Source of the DNA: Psilocybe cubensis
Taxonomy: Eukaryota
Reading direction: 5' to 3'
Assembly: GCA_017499595.2 (NCBI GenBank)
Contig: CM038999.1
Location: forward strand, 3,906,001-3,970,000
Length of the DNA stretch: 64,000 bases
Under the pieces are notes generated by a model, which worked only from the letters and a program-made list of their open reading frames with translations, had not been told where the DNA came from and made no database searches. A program made the position numbers and the translations under genes. Of this stretch, positions 11,217 through 23,994 are shown in pieces. The first letter of the stretch is position 1. Each line of letters starts with the position of its first letter.

Positions 11217-13527
11217 CTAGGCTTTCAAAGTTTTTTTTCTTTGTCTTTTACCTGCTACAGCAAGCAGACTTGCTTCCTGAAGTGCTAAGGCATCCGAAGT
11301 CACATTCCTGCGGGCCCGTGTTTCATCCGTATCTGGACTTGTTACTGTCTCCACAAAGGCATCACAAGTCACGTCCCTGCCGGCCCGTGTATTATCCGTG
11401 TCTTGGGTTGTTCCTGTTTGGACTCCATCTTCTTCCACTGTGTCAAGTAGATCTGAGTAGGGCTTTGTTCTTTTCCTAGGTTGAATCCTTCTAGTTGGTT
11501 TTGGCTTAACTGGGGGGGGTACAGAACTCTCTTCATCGGGTCCGTCCATTTCCGCCGTTCCGACATATGGCTTTGTTCTTTTTCTTGGCATAATCTTTCT
11601 AGCTGGCTTGGGAGGCGCCTCCTCAACCTCTGGAGTTGGGCTGGATGATGGATTGACAATTGTTGGGCTGGATCTACTTGGTAGAGAGGGTGGCTCGCTA
11701 GATCTTGAAGGTGCGTCGGTAGGAGTCTCATCCGTCTCTGGCGTGACTTCAAATCTGGCAGTAGTGCGTGGCATCGCGGATGCCGGACTGCCCCGTCCAT
11801 TATCAAACTCTGACAGATTGGATGATTCAGAGTCGCTTGAAGATTGGGTTTGAAGTCGTATAGCTTTTTGCCTCAGCCGACGTTTGGTTATGGCTGCAGG
11901 AGGTGGAGGTATCGGGTGGGCTTCTAGGCCGTCAAACAAGTTGGACGGATAGAGAGGTTCCATAATGTCATAGCCATTTCCAAAAACCTTTGAGAATTTA
12001 AAGGGGATGTCTCCTTGCGCTTGACGGTCCCTCCATAGCTTGAGAATTGCAGAAGTTGACTCCAGGCGGAGCCGGCTCGGATCCGTCACGGGGATTGAAC
12101 TTGGCCAATACTCTGGATCAATCATTTCTGCAGAACGCCTTTCAAGAGCATCCCAAGGAACACTTGAACCAGGCCTATCCTTGGCTAAAGCTGTATACAT
12201 AGTTAGCAAGTTTGTTGAGGACATAGACAAATTACACACCATAAACCTTGTTCATGTAAATTCTAATAATTGACTTTTGCGCATAAGCGACTTCTCTCCC
12301 AGTTGAGCCATAGATAGGACTAGGTACTATTGGAAATCCATTGCTGCTAAACTTGAGGGATTTTTCATGAAACGATGCATCTGGCAGTGCTGGATTGGCC
12401 ACACCCTTCTCTATTTCTGAAATGTGGACGAGGTATTGAACAAACGCTCTGCGAAAAGCGGCCAACTCGGATGGAAAGAGTTGCCCAAAGGAAGGAATTC
12501 TGACATCGTCGAGTGCTAGATCGCTTGTCTGGGTCCTTCAATGCCCATCAGTCAACATTAATACGGGCCAAATTATTCCGCCGTGAATGCTTACGGCGGA
12601 AACTTTATCCGCCGTAAACACCCTACGGCGGATAAAGTTTCCGCCGTAAGCATTCACGGCGGAACTTGTTCATGCCGTGTTTAACACTTACATTGAGTAT
12701 TCGATTTTACCCTCAATATCATAATGCCCCTCAAAGGTAATGGACCTCATACCCATTCTCTGCCACTTAAGTTTCTCCATTTGTCGAAGTATTTTTCTGC
12801 CTTGCCTGGCAGCAGTCCTGCAGATGTCAGATTGACGGCGGAAACAAGTTCCACCGACTCACTTTGCCTTCATTGATTTTGAAACACCTTTCTTATTCCA
12901 TTCCTCGAGGATCTCCATGAACCTGTCCCGCTCCTCCTGAGTCAATCTGGCCTCAACCTGCTTACGTCCTTGTTGATAAAACTTCATCCAATCTTTACTT
13001 CCACGAGCAGCATTCCCTGATAGAAGCGCAACCTCGGAGTCAATCTCTGCCGACTTCTCCTCACGGAATACCGTCTGAAAGGTTATACGGGAGTTCAATC
13101 CTTCCAATTTTACACCAATTCGATTTGACGCATGGTTTCTAAACCAATTAAAAATTCGCTATTGTGATGGTTTATGTGTGTAACAAAATTTTCAAAGAAA
13201 CAACGAGCTCACATGCTTCTTCACCTTCCATTCTTTGTGTAGTTGCTTATCTTCCTTCCTAGCACGTCTAGAGTATCTGTGATCCCATGTAGCTTGCAGC
13301 TCAGGTATGACAGTGTTCTGTATGTAGTCTGCTTTGGATGACTTTGATGTATCTTTGTAGGGCTGTACATGCTTTTTCAACACGCGCATTTCCTTTGTGG
13401 TCCATATATTTGATTCTTCCGGCGGAAAGTCACCCTCCGCCGTCTGTCCGCTTCTGGGTCCGTTGTGGGTTGTGGCATTTGCGGTGGAAGGAAGCGGATC
13501 CGCGTCGGGGGATGCATTGGTGGGCAT
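11217..13527 (-). CDS. KDZ cargo protein with divergent HMG-like / helix-turn-helix (WFxN) segments, multi-exon
   Basis: Exons correspond to ORFs 13192-13527, 12859-13107, 12232-12465 and 11217-12242; RIFNWFRNH and FYQQGRKQVEARLTQEERDRFMEILEEWNK resemble the divergent HMG genes known beside fungal TET/JBP-KDZ loci. Confidence 0.6.
12576..12664. repeat. Perfect intronic palindrome, 41-bp arms with a 7-nt loop
   Basis: TTCCGCCGTGAATGCTTACGGCGGAAACTTTATCCGCCGTA-aacaccc-exact reverse complement. Confidence 0.95.
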
Positions 13528-14406
13528 AATTGCAGCGATGTAACAAGTAGCTTATCGATGAGTATCTGTGTGATCTAGTCAAATCTCACGTCATACGGAG
13601 ATAAAATAAGCTTCCGATCATACTAAATGAATGATGTGATGTCATATTTTTCCCAATCAGGTAATCCCGCTTCATCGTCGGCCACGATGATCAAAGCATG
13701 CTGGTCGCTGTCACATACATTGACCTCATGATTTTGCAATAGTTCCCTCTGCACTCAATCAATAAACATGAAATTTTGTAAACATTTAGCGCTTTATATA
13801 AAGATAATCTTACAAGGTTTTAAATTCTTGTTAGATGGCTGTAAAGATACAGAAACACAAAATTCAAATTCACGTCTTCTCACCCAAAACTTGTGAAACC
13901 CAAAACGGCAGTCATCTCAGAGACCATGAGAGGTATTCAAATGCATAATTTTTTTCAAAAAATATAATGATCCCAGTGAGCTCATTTTGACACATTTTCT
14001 AGTATATTGAGAATATCTCCTTAAATACGAGGATTCACATTCTACAAAAAATGTCATTCGGTAGCTATTAAAAATATCTTTCATATGATATACGCCGGAG
14101 GAATGAGGGGCCAGCCAGTGAAAAGATATTTCAAAAACACTCCAAAGTGTGGTTCTGAAAGGGTCGTTCTGCATCATATTGTACATTTATGATGGGATCA
14201 CGTCCATTTTGTGCATCTCTGGATTAAGTTTTGTTCATAACATTTCACTCACTCATCCAAATATGCTGCAAGATAGATCATATGAAAGCTATTTTTCTCC
14301 TCTTTAAAACGGCATAATTGAGGGAAATTTATCTACAGAAATAAACATGTTATACTACATTTAGATCTGCGCTCACAGGCTGTCAGACTCTTTGTTTCCA
14401 ACATCC

Positions 14407-17400
14407 ATGGGCTTCAAGAAAGTACCTGATAGGGGATCGGATGAGGAGTTTCCCAATGTTCGGGAGGCCTCCTGGTCTAGTGGGGCCAAGAAACGAAAGA
14501 GAGGGCGGCCGAGGATCCACAAACTTCCTGCAGAATCATCATCAACAAACCTCCCTCAAACAACGACTTACTCTTTCCAAAACCATGAACACAACATTCT
14601 GGAAGAAGAAATACCTCATTATCCGGGAGATCTAACTGATCAGCAGGTACTTGATAACCTGAGACAGCTAGATGACGACAGAACGGGAGGAAAGGTATGT
14701 TTTAACATGTTTTCAGTAGAATGATCAGGATGACTTTACCTATCCAGTCTCAAAATGATTACCTGAGGGAATGGCTCCCGAAACGAGAGGTGTATCTTGG
14801 AACAATGATTGGAGGAGAAGCCCCGGATCCGGATCTGAATGGACGGTGTCAGCAATGTCAAGGAATGTCTGGAGTGTGGAGATGTTGCCAATGCTTTGGC
14901 TCTAGAATTTTGTGTTCTGAATGCCTGCGAAGAAACCATCAATTTACACCTTTCCACCGCGTTGAGAAGTGGACGGGTCTATATTTCCGTCCGGGAGCTC
15001 TGTGGGAAGTGGGTGTCAAGTTGTATTTGGGTCATAATGGGAAGCGGTGTCCTTATCCCACGGATCCGAGCCATCTAGGATGCGACGGCGGAAACAATTC
15101 ATCCGGGAGTCATGGGCACGGCGGAAACAATTCGCCCATCTTTGAGGATGAACACGGATTGGACCTGGATCCGCTTCCTGCGAGCAATGACCAAGAATCC
15201 TTTACGGCTCAGCTTCTGGCGGACCCGGAGGTACCCCATTTGGTTGAGCTGGACGATGGAGACGATGAAGACGATGATCTATTCGAGGAAGTCGATACAA
15301 CCTATCTGGACCAACCTCGTCCAAAGGCAGCAGACAACAATGGAATTCCTTTCAAGGCAATTGTGCACACCTCCGGAGTCCATTATCTGCCCGTGCGAAC
15401 ATGCACATGCCGGTCCGTCCGCCTTCCGTCTATCGATTTACAGTATCTGGAGATGGGATTATTTGCAGCCAGCTTTGAAAACGTTCAAACTGTGTTCACA
15501 GTTGAGGTCCTTGAGGACTTTCGGATGGACAACCTCGAGTGCAAAACGTCGGCTTATCAGTATTACCAAAAGTTGCGAAGACTGACTTCGCCAGCGTTTC
15601 CAAAAAAGGTGCTGAACCGCTATCGTGAATTGAGAAGGCTTAGTAGAGAATACAGGGACCTTGTCCTGAGACGACAATACGGAGAAGGGCATACAAGAGA
15701 AGCGGTGGTCCCTTACTATCATCATTGCCATGATTCATCACCAGAGAGGATGGGTATTAATGTATCTGATCCAATTGACGGCGGATCTGATAGTCCGTCT
15801 CAAGAAGTCGGAACGTCAACGGACCCGTCTCTGGGACACGGCGGATTAGATGGTCCGCCTGCACCACAAATGACGCGGACCGAGGATCATCCCAAAGTTG
15901 AAGATAGGAGAGGGAAGTTGGCCTTATTCTGCCCCGCCTGTCCACAGCCTGGAATAAACCTACCTGATACCTGGATTGATGATGCTGACAGGCAAGTTTT
16001 AGTTATTCTTCAAGGGTGACTGCAATTAACAGCAAATAGCAATCTGTACATACGTAGTTATGTTGCAGATGGTAATTTCAAAGCAGATCACCTCAATCAG
16101 AAAAACGAGGGAGACGATGTTTGGTTGAGCGTTGGAGAAGGATACATGACTGCTCCGGGCCCATACAAGGAGCACATCAAGGAAGCAATTTCTCTTGCTC
16201 CACGTTATAAACGGGTGCGTTATCTACCATGATTTATCTTTCACGGCGGATGCTTACGTTCCGTGTCACAATCTTCCACGGCGGATGCTTCCCTTCCGTG
16301 TCAAAAAAATCTTCCACGGCGGATGGCTTATCCTCCGTGTAAAAAAATATCAGGAACAAACATGTCATAACTACCACGCCCAGAAAGCTGAAAACAGAGT
16401 CAGCCCGGGTAAGAGAGTACGTGGAATTGGGGCACACACTTGCGCTAGGCACGGATGCTTCTGTCCATCCAGCGTTGTCGATTTTGACAAAGGCGAAAAG
16501 CAGATGCACATGGATTGGTCTTTGACTCAGGCCAGGGAAACTACCAACACACAGGGAATCACAAAACATTTGGAAATCTACGATATAAACTGTCAATATT
16601 GCGTTAACTTGGCAAGGCGTCTCTCAGAGTCCACAAAAATGCATTGGCCACCTTCTGTTAAAATGATTTTTGCAATTGGTTTATTTCACGTCCACGGGCA
16701 CAAGACGGAATGTCTTTACAACTACGCATCCACCTATGTCCCGGGTGTGGGAATCATTGACGGAGAAATCCTGGAGCCGTTGTGGTCCGTGTTAAATGAC
16801 ACATCCCGGAGTACACGTTCCGCTACCACTGCCCATCGAGCAGAGGTTTTGGACGACCACATGGGGGATTCCAACTGGAAGAAGACCATTAATATGGCTG
16901 CAACAATTGCTGCAAAGTTCAAACGGGCACGGGAACAGTCCGGAATCACAGACCGATTTTATAGGGGTATCACGGATCAACAAGATTCCGGGCTCATCAA
17001 CACTTGGGAAGATGAAATTTCAAAAGCAGAAGCGGACCGAGAACAAGGTGTGGCCGACGCTGTTGGCAAGGTAATGGCAAGCAAAGTGAAAACGGCCGCT
17101 GGACGCCAAGAAATTGAATTGCATCTTTCAAATATGGAACTTACATCTAATGGTGCTACTGGAAAGGCAGCATGGATATCATCCGGCTTAAAACTGGAGC
17201 AAGCGCAGTACGATTATTTCAATTGCATCCTACAGAATTTAACATGCTTTTAGATTGGAGCTCAGGGACCATGTCAGAAAGCTCGGAAAGCATCCTTCCA
17301 CCGCGCAGAAACTTGACTTGGTCAATAAACGTCGCTCCATGCGGACCCGCGTTGAAGCCTTCTGTCGATCCGCTATGACCTTCATGGGCGAAGATGTCTT

Positions 17401-18329
17401 GGAGGATATTCAAGGGGACATCGCTCCCATACTTGACTATGAAGTCAGTGACAACGACGATCCTGATCTTGGAAATGTCAACATTACCCGCGCGGATCCG
17501 GAACGACAGCCGCTTCCGTTTCCCTCCGCCGTCAAACAAGATTTCTTTGACGGCCTTGACGCGGGAACAAACCTCATTTTAAAAGGGCTTCGCAAACTTG
17601 AACTTCAAATAAGACATGGCCACGCAGAGGACTGTCTGGAAGCGGTCCGGTCAGCCTTGATCCAGCTTTCTTGGCAGTATAAATATCAGGTTCGGACCGC
17701 CGACTCCGTCTATATGGGGACTCGTGCTTGGGATGGCGTCAAGCTTTTGAATGCTTCCTGGAAATTGCACCGGCGACTCTACAACACAAACCGTCAGAAG
17801 ATGATCTATTTATCTGCTGGCGTGCGAGACGAGGATAATATTCGGAAACAATATCCCATTCTGCAAGTCCATGATTGCAAGCATAGTAATGCCGTGTCGG
17901 ATCCGAACATTCGCGGAGGAAGCTCGGACCGTCTAAGTTGGATTTGGAGATCCCGTCAGGGCCTGGACAATGATAATCAATTATACGTTAATGAGTGTGA
18001 GTACTGCTATTTGTATTTCTAATTTTTTTCTCAAGGGCTTCTTAGTCTTTAGGCTAAACTGGCTCCGCGCGCGAGCTCAGAGGAATAGATGGCAAGAGGA
18101 GCTGGCCTTGACAAAAAAGGAAATGGAATGGACTGTCAGATTTTATGTGTATATGGCAAAGACATGGCGTGCACGGCATGATTTTGTTCCTGACAGGTTA
18201 GTTGGTCACAGGGCAAATGCTCAAAAGCAGATTGCCATGTGGAATGATCTGGGGCGGGCCGCGGATAAGGTCTTCCGTCAAATTAACCCGGAGTATCCGT
18301 CCGTGTGGAGATTTATAATTACAGATTAA
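14407..18329 (+). CDS. KDZ transposase with a CxC2-like cysteine cluster (multi-exon)
   Basis: CxxC...CxxC..H..PFHRVEKW, VHTSGVH..C.C, LFCPACPQPGINLP, DGNFKADH, CARHG, DFDKGE, YDINCQY, FHVHGH...C, DGEILEPLWS, and C-terminal WLRARAQRNRWQEE; exons appear to join in frame. Confidence 0.92.
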
Positions 18330-18373
18330 CCAGTTCTTTGAACATTCTTGTTGTATCCCATCTCGTTGAATTC

Positions 18374-19998
18374 ATGCACTTACCGCGGCTTTTTAAACCT
18401 CCTGTCGAGGACGAACATCATCTCCTTACCTATGATGAGCGACGTGCTCTGGCCAAAGTTCATGTCCATATTTGTGGTGCACGGATCCGTGCCGGATACC
18501 GTTTGTTCATTGCAAACGGAGACTCTGTTTCCTCCGTGCGTCGCCAAAAATGGATGTATTTGCTCGACCTGGAGGTGGTAAGACAGTAATTTTGAACGAT
18601 TATATCTTGTATTGAGAACTGGTCGTCAGGCTATACTGCTGAGAGTACTCGGATACTGCTATGTCAATGGATTCCAAGTCGATATTCCATTTTTTATATC
18701 AGAAATTCTCAATCAGAGCGTACATGCCGTTTTGAACCGAACTCCCCACCATCGAGCTGTTCTATTTGAATCTCTAAATCAAAGCTGGTCAGCATGGGAA
18801 GATGATGAAATTTTAAATCAGACCAAGAGCTGGGGATATTGGTGGAGGGACGGATTTGCTGAAGGCGATGAGTGGCAAGTTGCCTTTGTTACCGTTGAAT
18901 CGCAAGCAAGAGAATTTTGGAACAAGGTATGTTTTTTTATTGCTGTGGATTATATCTGATTTGCGTCCTTCCCACCAGGTGGTTCTGCCTGAATACCAAC
19001 AAGAGGTACTCCGGCTAAATAATCAGAGGAAAGAAGCTAAGGAGGGCGCAAGTTCATCTACCTCTGGGCCTCCAAGAAATCAGGAAAACAATCCCAAGGG
19101 CAAGGGAAAGGCGGCTGAACGGACATCCGTCCCCACCTCGGGGAAGCACGGATCCGCGTTGACGGGAAAGCACGGCTCCGTGTTTTCACCGCCCACGGGG
19201 AAACCCAATCCGCCGACCCGTGTTGCAAACACGCGGGATGAAACATCCCCAATTGCAATTTCTGACCACAGACCGCCCTACTGTCCCCGCTGCGGTCAGC
19301 CTATCCTAACGGGCGTAATGAGGGAGTTGGCTCACCTGCGCCGGAATGTGGCGGACAAAATGAAAAATGCCCATAAAGCAGTGACTACTTCTTCGGCCGC
19401 CTTGGGCAGATATTCTGTATTGGAGAAGATGTGGATTGACTCTAAGGAGCACCCGTTCTCTAACGGCAAGGGGCTTTCAGCCAAATACAAATTTCAGCAT
19501 CCCGTTCACCCTTCTCCTGACAGTTGGGGCGCTATAACGGCTCAAGCCCGGTCCTTCGAGGTCTCAAAGCTCAAAGTCGCTTCATTTTACATCAACGACA
19601 TTTTTTATTCTTTTATTGCCGTCAAGGAACTACCTTTTCATCCACTCTGGTATCATTCGCCACCCTCCAACACTGCAAATATTCATCTCCCAACAGATAC
19701 TCTGCCTACTCCCGGTTCCGTCAGCCCTCCGTCAAATGCACACACCAGCAATGCCTTCCTTTTTAACGCAAGGTCAAGACCTGTTTTCCCGGGAGAAGAG
19801 GATGATATTGATAGTACGTCCGATACCACTGAATCCTCTACACCAGCTACGTTTTTAGAGCATCTCGCACAGGACTTTGAAGAGGAGGCGGATGTGGAGT
19901 CTTCCGCCGGTGATACGACGGAGGAGTCAGATGCTTCCGGTAACTCGGAAGAGCTTAGCGAGGACGTGTCGGAAACACCCTGGGATGAGGAATCTTAG
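18374..19998 (+). CDS. KDZ cargo protein of unknown function with an acidic C-terminus
   Basis: ORFs 18305-18589, 18612-18959 and 18856-19998 can be linked by short introns; contains a CPRCG motif and a D/E-rich tail. Confidence 0.55.
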
Positions 19999-20225
19999 TT
20001 GCCCACCTCTCGCACAGGACATCGAAGAGGAGGCGGATGATGCCTTTTCCGCCGGTAATACGACGGCGGAGTCCGATGATTCCGGTAACCTTGGAAGAGC
20101 TCAGCGCGGGCGCGTCGGAAACACCCTGGGACAGAGAATTCTGGTTGTTCTGTAGCTTTCGTACCGTTTTGTTTTGGAAATATAAAAAAATCTTCCCCAA
20201 ACCCAACTTCCAAGTCAAAAACTGA

Positions 20226-21505
20226 TCATATTTCAAAATCAAAAGTGTTGGTGGCCGGTAAATTTGCAAAAAGATCGTACGTAGTAGACCATCCCGCCTC
20301 TTGGACTCCCAGCTCTTTAAATACATTCCTACGCATGTAATAGACTATGACTGCCCTATCTCCCTCGCACACCGCGCCGTGTTGAAGCAACCTGCCGGTA
20401 ATTGCAACAAGGGTCATGGGATCATACTTGTACCGAAGTCCAAGGCCAGGAAGCTCAAGCCGTCCGTGTTCACCCTTCCCAAGTGGCATCAAAAAATCGT
20501 ACCATGAGTAGCATGACCCATTATCCCGATGGTACGGTGTATCTCGGTTGCTGATGGCGGTCATGACTCCAAAGGGCGAACTCCATATTGTGAGAATTTG
20601 CTTCAATATTTCGGCCTTATGGACGAACTCCGGTTCCGCAGCAAGCCGTTGAAGAAATTTTATTCCCGCCCGGTACTGCTCGGGGTGTATAATGCTCAAG
20701 ATGGCTCCCAGCAAAGCCGAAGATGTCATCATGTCTCGTATAAACTCCTGTCCAATAGGATTACACAAGTCCAAGGAGACCTCAAGCGGGTTGGACGTCT
20801 GAGGAAAATATGAGGCAGTATAATACTTAGCAAACAAGTTTCTCACCTCATGGCCTTGCTGAAACCATGCCGGGGAAAAGTTAAGATTTCCAGGTTGAAG
20901 CCAACCTGGCTCATGTCGAAAGTAACTGTCATTGACCCTCCAGCTTGTGGCCAAAGGTGCCGCCTTGTGAATCATTGTTTCAATATCCCGTAATGAATTC
21001 CACACACTCTCCTGTTACTCTTTAGAACGCATAATATAGGAATTAATCGGTCCGTTTCTAAAACTCACCACCCTTGTCTCTGACAAAATACCTGGCAGGT
21101 ACCACACCAATATGTTGCCTGCACTATCGATTACAGTTCCGGGCAGGGTTTGGTACTGTAACGTGGAATGCACCGGAGGAAACTGGTCTTTCAGGCGAGC
21201 CTCAACGGCAGAATTCTGACCCGTGCAACGTGCGCTGAGATGGGTCAAATATTCTTCTGCATCCCACGTCGTATATTCTGCCATTCACACATTATTTAAT
21301 CTCAATTTTCAAAGCTTATTGATTGCATACCTTGATTTTCAAATGCCTGCAAAATCACCTCCACAGCTAGATTGCACTCAAACATGGTCTCAGCACTGAA
21401 GTTTTCCCGGATTTGATTAGGCAGTTCTGCATGCCAAAGACGACTAGCTATCTTTGCCTTCATGTAGTTTGAGAGGGATTGGGTTAGCTCAAAGGCATAA
21501 TCCAT
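20226..21505 (-). CDS. TET/JBP-family 2-oxoglutarate/Fe(II) DNA dioxygenase
   Basis: Four exons join in frame; TPYHRDNG (HxD), LLQHG (distal His) and DRAVIVYYMR (2OG-binding Arg), plus ILVWYLPGIL and FSPAWFQQGH; sits inside a KDZ element, the known context of fungal TET/JBP genes. Confidence 0.88.
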
Positions 21506-21948
21506 ACTATCAGGGTATGTGGAAAGAAATTTGCTGCCAGTATAATCTATACACCTTATTACATATATTAACGGTCATCCAATGTACGATTCAAGGCGGA
21601 TATTTGTCGGAATACAGAAGCGGATGGATGAATGGGTCCGTCTGACAGCACAACACGGGTCAAGCGGATCCGTCTGCTTGCAATACACGGGATGCAAATG
21701 GACCCGTCCGGCTCATTTCCGGCCCGTGTTTCTTCCGTGTAGGTAGACGCGCGGATCCCGCAGGCCACCCGGCGGCTCCATTTAGCGCTAAATGGCACGT
21801 CATGTACGCTATGATTTGCCAGGCTAAATCACACGTACATCACGCTAATCTCCTAATTAGGTAGCGGAAGTAAATCCACCGTGTCTCACGTAATATCCTT
21901 ATTATTAAATCTTAGGTAATGTACGTTATAAATAAACTGTCTTATGTG

Positions 21949-22772
21949 CTGTTTCTATTTGTTGATCAAATATACTATTGTTGTTTTTGTCATTGACTGT
22001 TTCTTCATAGATTTCGGACTCCGGTACAGGTGTATCTTCTTGCAACGGCAACCCAGATGTTTCCAAAATCTCAATTGACGAGTTGGACCTTAAATCAGGC
22101 TCGATTGTTTCATGAGATGAAGTACTGCGCTTGGATGCCTTTCGCATTTGGGGTACAATTGGCGTGCTGGGACCAGGTGAGTGAATTGGCATATTGAGAT
22201 ATCGATCAAGATTTGACTGATTCCGTATTAATTCTTTATGGTCTCTCTGAGTACGAGCAGGCTTGCTCATAATATTGGGCCCCTTTTGGTAAACCTTCGG
22301 TCGACCTATTGAATATTGACCATTGTTAAATTAATATGTTATAGCGATTGTAACCTTTCCACACACCTTTTTTCACTGCTTGTTTTCCTTGAACCATAAC
22401 ACGAAGTTTGTATGGTAGCCACTCCATATCATTCTCCTTTTCTTTGATGTCCCAATATTGCTTGGCCAATCGCTTTTTGAACTCGGCATTCATGAACCCC
22501 TTCCAGTCTGTATCAATTCCATCATTTTCATCATCCAATTCGAGATCGGATTCAGATTCCGAGTCAGACAGGCCCTTCTCACTACTAGCTTCCTCTTTGA
22601 GCTTGTATAGGGGTTTCTTTTTGTTGATGGTTGTCCGATCCCATTGATAAGACTGTGATGTAGATGATGTACTTGGAGGATTGCTATCTGTAGGCTTTGA
22701 TTCACTGGATCCTTGATTCCGTAGACCTGATATATTTCTTTTCTTCTTTGCTGGCCTTCCTTTAGGTGGCAT
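21949..22772 (-). pseudogene. 5' part of the outer element's transposase gene
   Basis: MPPKGRPAKKKRNISGLRNQ..., intron, GRPKVYQKGPNIMSKPARTQR...IFDQQIET; joins in frame to ETEISNRISD at ~6236 when the inner element and one TSD copy are removed. Confidence 0.85.
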
Positions 22773-23994
22773 TTTGTCGAATTTTTTTTGAGGAAACGGC
22801 TCGATAAAAGTTTTTGAAAATTTAGAATCAGATGTAGCTCTTTGAGAACTATCCAAAAATGATATTTCCGAGATTTTAGCGAATTGTTTTGGATTTGGCA
22901 AAATTTTTGGGCCTATCTAAACTTAGAACCAGATTTCCGAGGGAAGTTTTTATGCAAACAAAAAACTAATTGCATATTCTGATTTGCATTCTCATTCTGC
23001 ACGTTTCTATCTATAATACATGGTAGCAGAAAAAAGTTGATGTCTTCGCGTGTCCCCAACTATATATCCGGACAAAAATTTTCAAAATCGCTGAAAATCG
23101 GGTCGGACAAAAATCCCAGAAATCGACTTTTTTTGGGAACGTCCTTTGGGCTAAATGCCAAGGGTCCTATGCAGCTTAGGCCTTTGGCGGCCCAACTCAT
23201 TCCAATCAAGTTCTCTTCCGACGCGTCCTCTTCGCGTTCGACTCCAGCGTCGATCACGTGATCTCTCGATTTCGAGTCACTTTTCGACCCGCCGCCAAAG
23301 CCCTACGCAAACCACAAAGATTCGTGTCACCACGGATTCATCCACTCAGATATCCATCATTTCTCTCAACATATAATATTTCTGACTTTCTCCTATCTCA
23401 CAGAATTTCATTCGAGCGTTATTAGCTTATCCTGGTCCAGGACTGGGTTTGCTGAGGACAACTCATTGCCACATTTTGCGACCGATTTGCATCGTGCATC
23501 TTGACTCAAGATTCATTACATCCTAACGTCGCCAACCAGCCTTTCAAGGACGAAGCGTAGAAGCTTCTCTTTAAAGACCAAAATAGCATGCATTGTACCT
23601 AGATTTCTGAATCTTTTGCTTCACTACCCAAGTACGCTTGATTTACTTGTCTACACCCGTCTCACAAAAGTCTCACAAAGAACAAAGCAGACGGAACCTG
23701 CAGTGAGCACACAGAGGAAGCCTGAGGGAAAATCAAATCGACATGTTTCACAGGAACAACATAACAAGAGTTGGCGGTTGGTTCGAATTGGACCTGTTTT
23801 GAACGACGGCATTAATTTCCCCTCAGGACATCTAAGTAAGTTTCAAGCCATTCAACTAGGTCAAGTATTCCATTAACGTCAACTTAAAGCTTTCCGCGTA
23901 CAACGTGAAAAACGTCAATTGATTGTGCTTCTGCACAAGTATACCAACGCGTCCTCGGGAACCCCCCTCTATCTCCTACCTCCGAAGGACCTCC

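Larger units (their letters stand above)
6237..21948. mobile_element. 15.7-kb KDZ (Kyakuja-Dileera-Zisupton)-type DNA transposon with TET/JBP cargo
   Basis: 318-bp TIRs (6237-6554 and 21631-21948, starting CACATAAGACAG, no mismatch seen by eye); 7-bp TSD CTGTTTC (6230-6236, 21949-21955); internal KDZ transposase, TET/JBP and HMG-like genes. Confidence 0.95.
2759..23169 (-). mobile_element. Outer DNA transposon (IS630/Tc1/mariner-like) carrying two nested insertions
   Basis: Perfect 34-bp TIRs TAGGACCCTTGGCATTTAGCCCAAAGGACGTTCC at 2759-2792 and 23136-23169; subterminal CGGACAAAAA repeats at both ends; encloses a split DDE transposase gene. Confidence 0.9.

Noticed and set aside
6443-21798. 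Short ORFs overlapping the KDZ TIRs (6443-6715, 21568-21798)
   Set aside because: They have no recognisable motifs and are explained by GC-rich TIR sequence.
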